DNA of 64,000 bases from the NCBI GenBank assembly GCA_031414535.1, contig JANNVQ010000041.1, forward strand, positions 1-64,000, written 5' to 3'. The first letter of the stretch is position 1. Each line of letters begins with the position of its first letter. Positions 1 through 7,638 of the stretch are shown here, piece by piece. The position numbers and the translations under genes were made by a program. The notes beneath the pieces were generated by a model. The model saw only the letters and a list, made by a program, of their open reading frames with translations, had not been told where the DNA came from and made no database searches. The stretch comes from Gemmatimonas sp. (GTDB lineage Bacteria; Gemmatimonadota; Gemmatimonadetes; Gemmatimonadales; Gemmatimonadaceae).

Positions 1-2
1 CA

Positions 3-101
3 GCCCCCGGCCGCGTCGGGCTCGATACCCTGAAGGCCAACTGGTGGAGCCGCCTCCTCGAGCTCCGGAAGGCCTCCGGTGAGCTCCCAGCCGGCGTCTA
101 A
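3..101 (+). CDS. 3' end of an upstream gene (partial), possibly the Obg-family GTPase C-terminus
   Basis: Open frame from the window edge, APGRVGLDTLKANWWSRLLELRKASGELPAGV*, overlapping the dprA start. 'G.GLD.L' resembles the helix after the GTPase G5 motif. Too short to be sure. Confidence 0.35.
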   Translation, partial: APGRVGLDTLKANWWSRLLELRKASGELPAGV

Positions 102-1023
102 GGCACCCGTCAGACTCGTCGGTGAGGCGCTGCCAGGCTGCCTCAGCAATGTTCCGGTACCGCCCAAAGGATTGTGGTGTTTAGGGGACCCAACGGTCCT
201 CGAGCTTTGCGCGAGCAGGGCCGTCGCAATCGTGGGCACCCGCGAGGCCTCCGAGTATGGAGCGCGTTCGGCGGCGCAGCTGGCCACCGCTGCGGCCAGG
301 GCTGGCATAGTCGTAGTCAGCGGGCTGGCCCGCGGTATTGACGCCGCCGCCCACCGCGCGGCCATTGAGGCTGGGGGCCGCACCATCGCCGTGTTAGGCA
401 CCGGGGTAGACGTCCCATACCCTGCCAGCCACCGCTCCCTGCATCAACTTGTCCAGCAAAATGGAGCCGTGGTCTCCGAGATGGAGCCGGGTCGCACCGC
501 CTTTCCAGGCTGCTTCCCTCGCCGTAACCGGATCATTGCCGGACTGTCCAAGCTGGTCGTGGTGGTTGAGGCGGGCTTCAAATCAGGAGCCCTCAACACG
601 GCCAATTGGGCCCAGCAAATGGCGCGCGACGTTGCGGCCGTCCCGGGCCAGATTGACGACCCCCGAGCGGCTGGTTCAAACCAGCTTATTCGGGACGGAG
701 CGATCGTGCTGGCCGATGTGGACGACCTGTTGATGGTTTGCGGGTTATCCACATTTGCCCACGCTGGTCCCGGTGGAGACGCTTCCGGCACCGGCTCGGA
801 AGCAGAGGAGATCGGGCCGGAAGACAAGGCCATCCTGCTCGCTCTTGGGCCGCGACCCATCAAGGTTGAGGAAATCGCATTCGCGTCGAGTCTGTCAGTC
901 AGGCAGGTAGGAGAGGCGCTGCTCCGACTCGAGATTCGTGGCAGGGTAGAGGCCACCCCGGGCGGCTACCTGCGGCGTGACGCCCTGGGCGATCTGCCCC
1001 AAACTTCGTCCCTCAAGTACTAG
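79..1023 (+). CDS. dprA: DNA-processing protein DprA
   Basis: VAIVGTR, VVSGLARGIDAAAH, FPRRNRIIAGLS, VVEAG..SGAL.TA motifs; C-terminal winged helix (LL.LEI.G.V). Confidence 0.95.
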   Translation: MSSQPASKAPVRLVGEALPGCLSNVPVPPKGLWCLGDPTVLELCASRAVAIVGTREASEYGARSAAQLATAAARAGIVVVSGLARGIDAAAHRAAIEAGGRTIAVLGTGVDVPYPASHRSLHQLVQQNGAVVSEMEPGRTAFPGCFPRRNRIIAGLSKLVVVVEAGFKSGALNTANWAQQMARDVAAVPGQIDDPRAAGSNQLIRDGAIVLADVDDLLMVCGLSTFAHAGPGGDASGTGSEAEEIGPEDKAILLALGPRPIKVEEIAFASSLSVRQVGEALLRLEIRGRVEATPGGYLRRDALGDLPQTSSLKY

Positions 1024-1526
1024 GATAGATCCCCGCCAACGCGTACATTGAGCTCGGCGGAAGCTGCCGTTGCACACTTGGTCAGTTTTCCACACGCATT
1101 TCAAGTAAATTCTATTCGCTATTCGTAAGATGTTGTATTGTAGTTATTTGAGAAAACACTTTAAGTCGTTATCATCTCGTGGATTCGGTCTCCAAAGCCT
1201 GCTGGCTCGGTGACTTGCTGATCCTAGTCTACCCCTCTCTCGACGGCGACGTGAACTCCTGGCCGCACATCTACATCCACGTACCTTTCTGCGGGCGGCG
1301 CTGCTCCTACTGCGACTTCGCCATCGCGGTACGTCGTGAGGTTCCGGTCTCCGAGTATGTAGACGCCATTATGGCGGAGCTGGTAACAAGAGGAATTGAT
1401 TCTCTTGAGACACCGATCAAGTCCGTCTATTTGGGTGGCGGGACGCCCTCCAAGCTCGGTGGTGCAGGTGTGAGTGAACTTTTCCACAGATTGGCCAGGC
1501 TGGCCCATGTGGATAAGTTTTCCACA
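745..1526. other. Candidate chromosomal replication origin (DnaA-box cluster plus AT-rich tract)
   Basis: TTATCCACA 745-753, TTTTCCACA 1086-1094, TTTTCCACA 1480-1488, TGTGGATAA 1508-1516, TTTTCCACA 1518-1526. AT-rich tract at about 1095-1175 in a GC-rich window. Confidence 0.6.
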
Positions 1527-2423
1527 TCTGTTGACGACATTGAGATCACGCTCGAGGCCAATCCAGAAGATGTCACTGCAGAGGCCGCTGCCCAATGGGT
1601 GGCCGCCGGGGTCAATCGGGTGTCGCTCGGGGTGCAGTCCTTCGACCCCCGCGTACTGGATTGGATGCATCGCGGGCACGGGCCCGACCGTCCCCTCGAG
1701 GCAGTACGAATCCTCAGAAAGGCGGGGGTTCAAGAGATCTCGGCTGACCTTATTTTTTCGGTTCCTGAGGTGCTGAATAGAAGCTGGACAGATGATATCA
1801 TTCGCGTGCTAGAGTTGGACGTTGACCATCTTTCTCTCTACGGACTCACCGTCGAACCGCAGACCCCTTTGGGCCGCTGGACGGCTCGTGGCGAGGTGGC
1901 CGAGTCGCCAGAGGAGCGTTACGAGGCTGAGTTTTTGGAGGCGCACGAGCGCTTGGCCGCCGCGGGATTCGAGCATTACGAGGTCTCCAACTACGCCAAG
2001 CCAGGCCGCCGCGCGAGGCACAATTCTGCGTATTGGACCGGTGCTCCCTACCTCGGCTTGGGGCCCTCGGCGCACGGATTTGATGGCAATGAGCGTCGCT
2101 GGAATGCCTCGGCGTACGCGGATTGGCTGCGGCGGGTTCAGGCGGGCGAGGATCCCCTAGAAGGTCAGGAGTTGGTGCGCGGCGCGGGTGCTGGCTCCGC
2201 GATTGTCGCCGAACCGATTGAGTCATCGGCCAACGAGTCGGCCGCCGCCGAGCGCGTGTACCTTGGCTTGCGGACCACGGACGGGCTCATGTTGAGCGAT
2301 GCCGAGTCGCTGCGGGTGCAGCCGTGGATTCAGGCGGGTTGGGCGCGCCTCGATGGGCGGCGGCTGGTGCTCACGCCTCGCGGCTGGCTGCGCCTGGACT
2401 CGCTGGCAATGCAGCTACTGTAG
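1251..2423 (+). CDS. hemW: Radical SAM heme chaperone HemW (HemN-like)
   Basis: YIHVPFCGRRCSYCDF (CxxxCxxC), GGGTPS, EITLEANP, HYEVSNYA, HN..YW. Start moved to GTG 1251 (ORF track 1179). Confidence 0.93.
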   Translation: MNSWPHIYIHVPFCGRRCSYCDFAIAVRREVPVSEYVDAIMAELVTRGIDSLETPIKSVYLGGGTPSKLGGAGVSELFHRLARLAHVDKFSTSVDDIEITLEANPEDVTAEAAAQWVAAGVNRVSLGVQSFDPRVLDWMHRGHGPDRPLEAVRILRKAGVQEISADLIFSVPEVLNRSWTDDIIRVLELDVDHLSLYGLTVEPQTPLGRWTARGEVAESPEERYEAEFLEAHERLAAAGFEHYEVSNYAKPGRRARHNSAYWTGAPYLGLGPSAHGFDGNERRWNASAYADWLRRVQAGEDPLEGQELVRGAGAGSAIVAEPIESSANESAAAERVYLGLRTTDGLMLSDAESLRVQPWIQAGWARLDGRRLVLTPRGWLRLDSLAMQLL

Positions 2424-2471
2424 TCGTCTCGAGCTTGACCCTCATCGCAAGTTCTTGGTTATCTTACACTT

Positions 2472-3518
2472 GTGGCCATTACCGAGCTCTCAGAACGCGA
2501 ACGGCAGGTCCTCGAGGCCGTCATCCGTTCGTACGTGGAGACGGCCGAGCCGGCAGGCTCCCGGACCATCAGCCGCCGATTTGGCCTCGGCGTGTCTCCG
2601 GCCACCATTCGCAACACGATGGCCGACCTCGAAGAGAAGGGATTTCTCTTCCACCCGCATACCTCGGCGGGGCGCATTCCCACCGATAAGGCCTATCGCT
2701 TCTATGTAGATGGCTTGATGCACATGGACAAGCCGCTCTCGCTGCCCGACCGAGTGCGGCTTGCCGAGGACATTGGTGAGCGTGGGTCGGCCATCGAGAC
2801 AATCCTCCGGCGGGCGGCGCAGTCCTTGGGCGTGCTGAGTCAGGAGCTGGGAGTGGCCCTTGGCCCCCGACTCGATCAAACTCTGCTGACGAAGCTTGAA
2901 CTCGTGCGCATGAGCAGCGAGCGCCTGATTCTTGTACTCACGCTTCGGGCCGGAGTGGTGCGTACAATCTTCATTGAGATCGCCGGTGAGATTGCCAACA
3001 ACGCCATCGCCGAAGTTGAGGAAGTATTGAACGCCCGTTTGGCCGGGCTGTCGTTGGCGGAGATTCGCTCCACGTTGGGCACTCGCTTGCGGGACGCCGT
3101 TGGCCCAGGTGGGGCGACGGAGTTGCTCAACATCTTCGTGCAGGAAGGGGAGCAGCTGTTTGACCTCGTGGATGCGGAGGGCGAGGAGTCGGTGCTGCTG
3201 GGGCAGGCCTCCGTTCTGGCCGAGAAGCCCGAGTTTGCCTCGGGCGACAAGCTCAAGCAGATCATCGCGCTCACGGACACCCGTACGCATTTGGCGGGCC
3301 TCTTGCGGCGGCGCGCCGCGCAGCCGGGCGTGTCCATTACCATCGGGGACGAGCACGGTTCGCAATTGTTGGGAGGGCTGACACTCGTGACCGCCGAGTA
3401 CAAGGCCGGCGGCCTGACCGGCGTCATTGGCGTGATTGGGCCGACGCGGATGCCGTATGAGAAGGTGATTGCGTTAGTGACGCATACGTCCTCGCTGGTC
3501 ACCGACCTGCTCGCCTAG
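2472..3518 (+). CDS. hrcA: Heat-inducible transcription repressor HrcA
   Basis: [42 protein letters not shown]. Confidence 0.97.
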   Translation: MAITELSERERQVLEAVIRSYVETAEPAGSRTISRRFGLGVSPATIRNTMADLEEKGFLFHPHTSAGRIPTDKAYRFYVDGLMHMDKPLSLPDRVRLAEDIGERGSAIETILRRAAQSLGVLSQELGVALGPRLDQTLLTKLELVRMSSERLILVLTLRAGVVRTIFIEIAGEIANNAIAEVEEVLNARLAGLSLAEIRSTLGTRLRDAVGPGGATELLNIFVQEGEQLFDLVDAEGEESVLLGQASVLAEKPEFASGDKLKQIIALTDTRTHLAGLLRRRAAQPGVSITIGDEHGSQLLGGLTLVTAEYKAGGLTGVIGVIGPTRMPYEKVIALVTHTSSLVTDLLA

Positions 3519-3559
3519 GGCGCGAGCGGTATGCCGCCCCGCTAAATTCCTCGTTCTAT

Positions 3560-4696
3560 ATGGCCGACTTTTACGAAACCCTCGGCGTCGCGAAGACGGC
3601 GTCCGATGAAGAAATCAAGCAGTCGTATCGCAAGCTCGCGATGAAATACCATCCGGATCGCAACGGTGGCTCCAAGGAGGCAGAGGAGCAGTTCAAGGCG
3701 ATCATGGAGGCATACGACGTGCTACGCGATGCACAGAAGCGCGCCGCCTACGATCGCTACGGCGAGGCGGGCTTGCGTGGCGCGGGCGGTGGCGGCGCCG
3801 GCGGATTCCATCACGTGGATCTGTCCGAGGCGCTGAACATCTTCATGCGCGACTTTGGGCTTGGCGATCTGTTTGGCGGCGCGGGTGGCCAGCGGCAGAG
3901 CGCCGGTCCGCGTGCGGGCGCCGATGTGAAGGTGGACCTGCAGTTGACGATGCTCGAAGTTGCTACAGGTGTCACGAAGTCCGTGAAGATGAAGTTGCTC
4001 GATCCCTGTGGCACCTGCTCGGGCTCCGGTGCGGAAGCGGGCAGCAAGCCCGCGCGTTGCAGCACCTGCAATGGTCAGGGCGAGGTGCGTCGCGCGCAGC
4101 AGAGTTTCTTTGGGCAGTTCGTGTCGGTGGCTCCTTGCCCGACCTGCCGCGGCGAAGGCGTTATGATTGCGTCGCCCTGCAAGAACTGCCGTGGTGAGGG
4201 CCGTCAGCGCGGCGATCACACCATTGAACTCAAGGTGCCCGCGGGCGTGGCCACGGGACAGTACATGCAGCTGCGTGCCGTGGGTAATGCGGGCGTGCGT
4301 GGAGGGCCGCGCGGTGACGTGTTGGTGGTGTTTGAGGTGCTTGACGACGAGCGCTTTGAGCGCGACGGCGAGGATCTGTACTGCGAGGTGCTTGTCACCT
4401 ACCCGCAGGCGGTACTCGGCGCCGACCTTGATGTGCCTGGCGTGGTGGGGCCGCTCACGCTGCGCATACCGGAAGGCACGCAGAGCGGGGAAGTGTTCGT
4501 GATGCGTGGGCGCGGCTTGCCGCGCGTGAACGCTTCTGGCGCTGGCGACCTCCACGTGCGGGTGCAGGTGTGGACGCCGCAGAAGATGAGCAGAGAAGAG
4601 GCGAAGCTGGTGGAGAAGCTCCACGAGGTGACGCCGAAGCCGCCGGAGAAGCGGGAGAAGGGGTTCTGGGCGAAAATGAAGGAAGCGCTCTCTTGA
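3560..4696 (+). CDS. dnaJ: Chaperone DnaJ
   Basis: J domain with HPD, G/F region, four CxxCxGxG zinc-finger repeats. Confidence 0.98.
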   Translation: MADFYETLGVAKTASDEEIKQSYRKLAMKYHPDRNGGSKEAEEQFKAIMEAYDVLRDAQKRAAYDRYGEAGLRGAGGGGAGGFHHVDLSEALNIFMRDFGLGDLFGGAGGQRQSAGPRAGADVKVDLQLTMLEVATGVTKSVKMKLLDPCGTCSGSGAEAGSKPARCSTCNGQGEVRRAQQSFFGQFVSVAPCPTCRGEGVMIASPCKNCRGEGRQRGDHTIELKVPAGVATGQYMQLRAVGNAGVRGGPRGDVLVVFEVLDDERFERDGEDLYCEVLVTYPQAVLGADLDVPGVVGPLTLRIPEGTQSGEVFVMRGRGLPRVNASGAGDLHVRVQVWTPQKMSREEAKLVEKLHEVTPKPPEKREKGFWAKMKEALS

Positions 4697-4721
4697 CGGA
4701 TGACGGAAGACGGATGACGGA
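4694..4721 (+). repeat. Heptamer element copy (TGACGGA x4)
   Basis: TGACGGA TGACGGA AGACGGA TGACGGA; contains the dnaJ stop and the prmA ATG. Confidence 0.9.
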
Positions 4722-5556
4722 CGGGCGGTGGAATCGGGTTTCCGTTTCGCCTTCGCACGAATCGCTGCGTGACGCGCTGGCCGCGGCGATGTTTGCGGCG
4801 GGGGCTGAAGGCTTGCAGGATGCGGGGGCTTTGTTTGTGACGCATCTCGCGGCTGCGGTGGATGCGGATGCGTTCGTGGCTGCGCTGCGGGTGACTGATG
4901 CGGCGCTTGTGGCTGAGGTGACGCCGCTCGACGATACGGATTGGTCGGAGAAGTGGAAGGAGAGGATTACATCGCACGAGTTGGGCGCGCTGACGGTGAC
5001 GCCGCCTTGGTTGGCGGCGGGGCGTGATCCGGCCACGACAATCGTGATTGAGCCCGCGATGGCATTCGGCACTGGAGAGCATCCGACCACGCGCGGCGTG
5101 GTGCGGCTCATGCAGGGCGTCATTCGCGCGGGTGATGCCGTGGCGGATTTGGGTTCGGGCTCGGCCGTGCTCTCCATTGCGGCCGCGAAGTTGGGCGCGG
5201 CGCGGGTGTATGCCATCGAGATTGATCCGGATGCCACGGGCAATGCGGAAGAGAACATTGCGCGCAATGGTGTGGCGGACCGTGTGGCGGCGCTCGAAGG
5301 CGATGCCGCCGTGTTCTTGCCGCTGGTCGCGCCGGTGCGTGTGATTCTCGCCAATATCATTTCTTCTGTGCTCGTGGATCTCCTCCCACTGATGGCGATG
5401 ACCATTGCGGATGACGGGGTGATCATTTTGTCGGGTATTCTCGCCGAGGAGCGTAGCCGCATGATTGAGGCACTCACAGGCGCGGGCTGGCGCGTGGACG
5501 CTGAGGATGCGGAAGACCAGTGGTGGAGTGTGCGCTGCGTGCCGGCTCGCGTCTGA
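4714..5556 (+). CDS. prmA: Ribosomal protein L11 methyltransferase
   Basis: DWSEKWK, IEPAMAFGTGEHPTT, DLGSGSAVLSI, ANI, ILSGIL; start reassigned to ATG 4714. Confidence 0.95.
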   Translation: MTDGRWNRVSVSPSHESLRDALAAAMFAAGAEGLQDAGALFVTHLAAAVDADAFVAALRVTDAALVAEVTPLDDTDWSEKWKERITSHELGALTVTPPWLAAGRDPATTIVIEPAMAFGTGEHPTTRGVVRLMQGVIRAGDAVADLGSGSAVLSIAAAKLGAARVYAIEIDPDATGNAEENIARNGVADRVAALEGDAAVFLPLVAPVRVILANIISSVLVDLLPLMAMTIADDGVIILSGILAEERSRMIEALTGAGWRVDAEDAEDQWWSVRCVPARV

Positions 5557-5567
5557 GCCCGTTCGGG

Positions 5568-5600
5568 GTGAGATTCGACACGTGAGATTCGACGCGTGAG
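5568..5600 (+). repeat. 14-bp tandem duplication at the rsmE start
   Basis: GTGAGATTCGACAC GTGAGATTCGACGC GTGAG. Confidence 0.8.
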
Positions 5601-6327
5601 CCTTCCGACGTTCTTCGCCGAGGAACCATTTCATGCGCCGTCGAGCATCACGCTCGGCGAAGACGCGGCGCATCATATGCGGGTCCGCCGTCTGGAAATT
5701 GGCTCGCGACTCCGCCTGTTGGATGGTGCCGGGTCGCGGGGCGAGGGCGTACTCACGCAGCTGGCCAAGCGCCACGCCATCGTGAGCGTGGAAGAAGCCG
5801 AGGTGTCGGACGCTGGTGCCGCGATTCATCTCATGCTCCCGGTGGCCGATAAGGACCGGATGCTGTGGCTGGCGGAGAAGGCCGCCGAGCTTGGTGTGGC
5901 GAGTTGGCGACCCGTGCTCTTTAAGCGCTCGAAGAATGTGAATCCGCGTGGTGAGGGGCCGGTGTTTCAACAGAAGGTGCGGGCCCGGATGGTGAGCGCC
6001 TTGGAGCAAAGCGGTGGAGCTTGGCTCCCCGCGATGTATCCCGACGCCGTGGTTGAGCACGCCATCACGTCAAAGCCGGAAGGCGTGGCCATCGTGCTCG
6101 ACGCGGGAGCCCCGCCGATCTTGGACGTGCTGCGGAGCGCGGGTTCACTCGCCGACGGCGTGACGGTGGTGATTGGCCCCGAAGGAGGCTACGAGCCCGG
6201 TGAGCGCGCCGCGATGGAAGCTGGCGGATTCCTCGCCGCCTCCATCGGGAGCAATGTGCTGCGCTTTGAGACTGCCGCCATTGCCGCCATCGCTGCCGTA
6301 AGAGCCTCCCAAGACGCTGCCCGGTAG
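5596..6327 (+). CDS. rsmE: 16S rRNA m3U1498 methyltransferase RsmE
   Basis: HH.RVRR, EKAAELGV, IGPEGG, LRFETAA (SPOUT family). Confidence 0.95.
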   Translation: MSLPTFFAEEPFHAPSSITLGEDAAHHMRVRRLEIGSRLRLLDGAGSRGEGVLTQLAKRHAIVSVEEAEVSDAGAAIHLMLPVADKDRMLWLAEKAAELGVASWRPVLFKRSKNVNPRGEGPVFQQKVRARMVSALEQSGGAWLPAMYPDAVVEHAITSKPEGVAIVLDAGAPPILDVLRSAGSLADGVTVVIGPEGGYEPGERAAMEAGGFLAASIGSNVLRFETAAIAAIAAVRASQDAAR

Positions 6328-6336
6328 TGGCTGTGA

Positions 6337-6360
6337 GCGTCCGTCATCCGTCCTCCGTCC
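6337..6360 (-). repeat. Heptamer element copy (reverse)
   Basis: GCGTCCGTCATCCGTCCTCCGTCC, ending 10 nt before the hinT ATG. Confidence 0.85.
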
Positions 6361-6370
6361 AGTATTCGTT

Positions 6371-6709
6371 ATGACTGCCTGCCTCTTCTGCCGCATCGTC
6401 GCCAAGGAGATTCCCGCCGCCATCGTCGGCGAATCCGAGCACGCCTTGGCCTTCCGCGATATCAACCCGCAGGCGCCGGTGCATGTCTTGGTGATCCCCA
6501 AGCGGCATCTGACGTCGATGAATGACATCACCGACGGGGCTGAGGTCGCGGAGATTTCGAAGCTCGCGCTTCAGGTCGCGAGGGAGCTGGGCGTGGCCGA
6601 GTCTGGCTATCGGACCGTGATGAATACCGGCGGGGATGGGGGGCAGACGGTGCATCATTTGCATATGCACGTTTTGGGCGGGCGGGCGATGGATTGGCCG
6701 CCGGGGTGA
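6371..6709 (+). CDS. hinT: HIT-family nucleotide-binding protein
   Basis: CLFC, AFRDINPQAPVHVLVIPK, GQTVHHLHMHVLGGR, WPPG. Confidence 0.95.
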   Translation: MTACLFCRIVAKEIPAAIVGESEHALAFRDINPQAPVHVLVIPKRHLTSMNDITDGAEVAEISKLALQVARELGVAESGYRTVMNTGGDGGQTVHHLHMHVLGGRAMDWPPG

Positions 6710-6718
6710 GGTGAGGAG

Positions 6719-6792
6719 CGAGGAGCGAAGAGCGACAACGGAAGAGCGAAGTATTGAAGAGCGAGGGGGGAAGGGAGGAAGGGAGGAAGGGG
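6719..6792 (+). repeat. About 75-bp purine-rich dispersed repeat (GAAGAGC/GAAGGGAG units), copy 1
   Basis: Close match to the reverse complement of 47099-47173. Confidence 0.85.
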
Positions 6793-6824
6793 AGGATTGG
6801 AGCCACCCAGATTTGGGGGAGCGA

Positions 6825-6892
6825 GGGAGTAGTCCCCGCCCGTAGGGGTCGTGCTCGAAGAGGTCAGGCCCCGTAGGGCGGGGGCTGCTCCC
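6825..6892 (+). ncRNA. Candidate structured RNA or long hairpin
   Basis: 17-bp stem, symmetric GUA/GUA internal loop, 6-bp stem; all three non-Watson-Crick stem pairs are G-U on the + strand. Confidence 0.4.
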
Positions 6893-6926
6893 GAGCGCGC
6901 GCACAGAAACTAGCCCATCCCCGTCC

Positions 6927-6955
6927 TTGCCTAAGTCAAGGAACAGCCGTAACTT
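6927..6955 (+). promoter_or_regulatory. Sigma70-type promoter of the rpsU operon
   Basis: TTGCCT-17 nt-TAACTT. Confidence 0.6.
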
Positions 6956-7006
6956 GCGTGGCTACCTATGCCGGCGCCGAAAGCGCCACGAAGGGGGGAA
7001 ATCAGT

Positions 7007-7195
7007 TTGTCGGAAATTGTCATCCACGAAGACGAAAATTTCGAACGCGCGCTCAAGCGCTTCAAGAAGAAGTGCGAGAAGGCCGGGATCCTAGCGGACC
7101 TGCGCAAGCATCGCCACTACGAGAAGCCCAGCGAGAAGCGGAAGCGGAAGCTCAACACCGCTCAGCGTAAGAACCGTCGCACCCGCTCGACCTGA
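7007..7195 (+). CDS. rpsU: 30S ribosomal protein S21
   Basis: [28 protein letters not shown] start at 7007 after a G-rich SD. Confidence 0.97.
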   Translation: MSEIVIHEDENFERALKRFKKKCEKAGILADLRKHRHYEKPSEKRKRKLNTAQRKNRRTRST

Positions 7196-7638
7196 TGTCG
7201 GAATTGGCGACTCGGCTGCAGGGCGAGCTGAACGTCGCCCGCAAGGCGCAGGACAAGGCGCAAGTCCTGTTGCTCGGCACGATGTTGTCCGACATTCGCA
7301 ACCACGAAATCGCGATTAAGCGCGCGCCATCCGATGACGAAGTCATTGAGGTGATTCGCAAGGCGATCAAGCGGCGGCGGGAATCAGTGGATATGTACGA
7401 GAAAGGCGGTCGCGAAGAACTTGCGGCCGTCGAGCGGCGGGAGGCACAGGCCCTTGAGGTCTATCTCCCCGCCGCCCCCTCGGAAGACGAGATTCGCGCA
7501 GCAGTTCGCGCGGCCGTCGCCGGTGGCGCCACGCAGATGGGCGCCGTGATGGGCAAGGTGATGCCCGCATACAAAGGCAAAGTGGACGGCAACGTCCTCA
7601 ACCGCATCGTGCGCGAGGAGCTCGGGACGTCTCCGTGA
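7195..7638 (+). CDS. yqeY: GatB/YqeY domain protein
   Basis: IKRRRES...Y..GGR.ELA..E, YLP, MGAVMG, GKVDG; usual position after rpsU. Confidence 0.92.
   Translation: MSELATRLQGELNVARKAQDKAQVLLLGTMLSDIRNHEIAIKRAPSDDEVIEVIRKAIKRRRESVDMYEKGGREELAAVERREAQALEVYLPAAPSEDEIRAAVRAAVAGGATQMGAVMGKVMPAYKGKVDGNVLNRIVREELGTSP

Noticed and set aside
6855..6892. SRP (4.5S) RNA, suggested by GGTCAGG
   Set aside because: The required GNRA-capped helix followed by AGCAG is absent on both strands.
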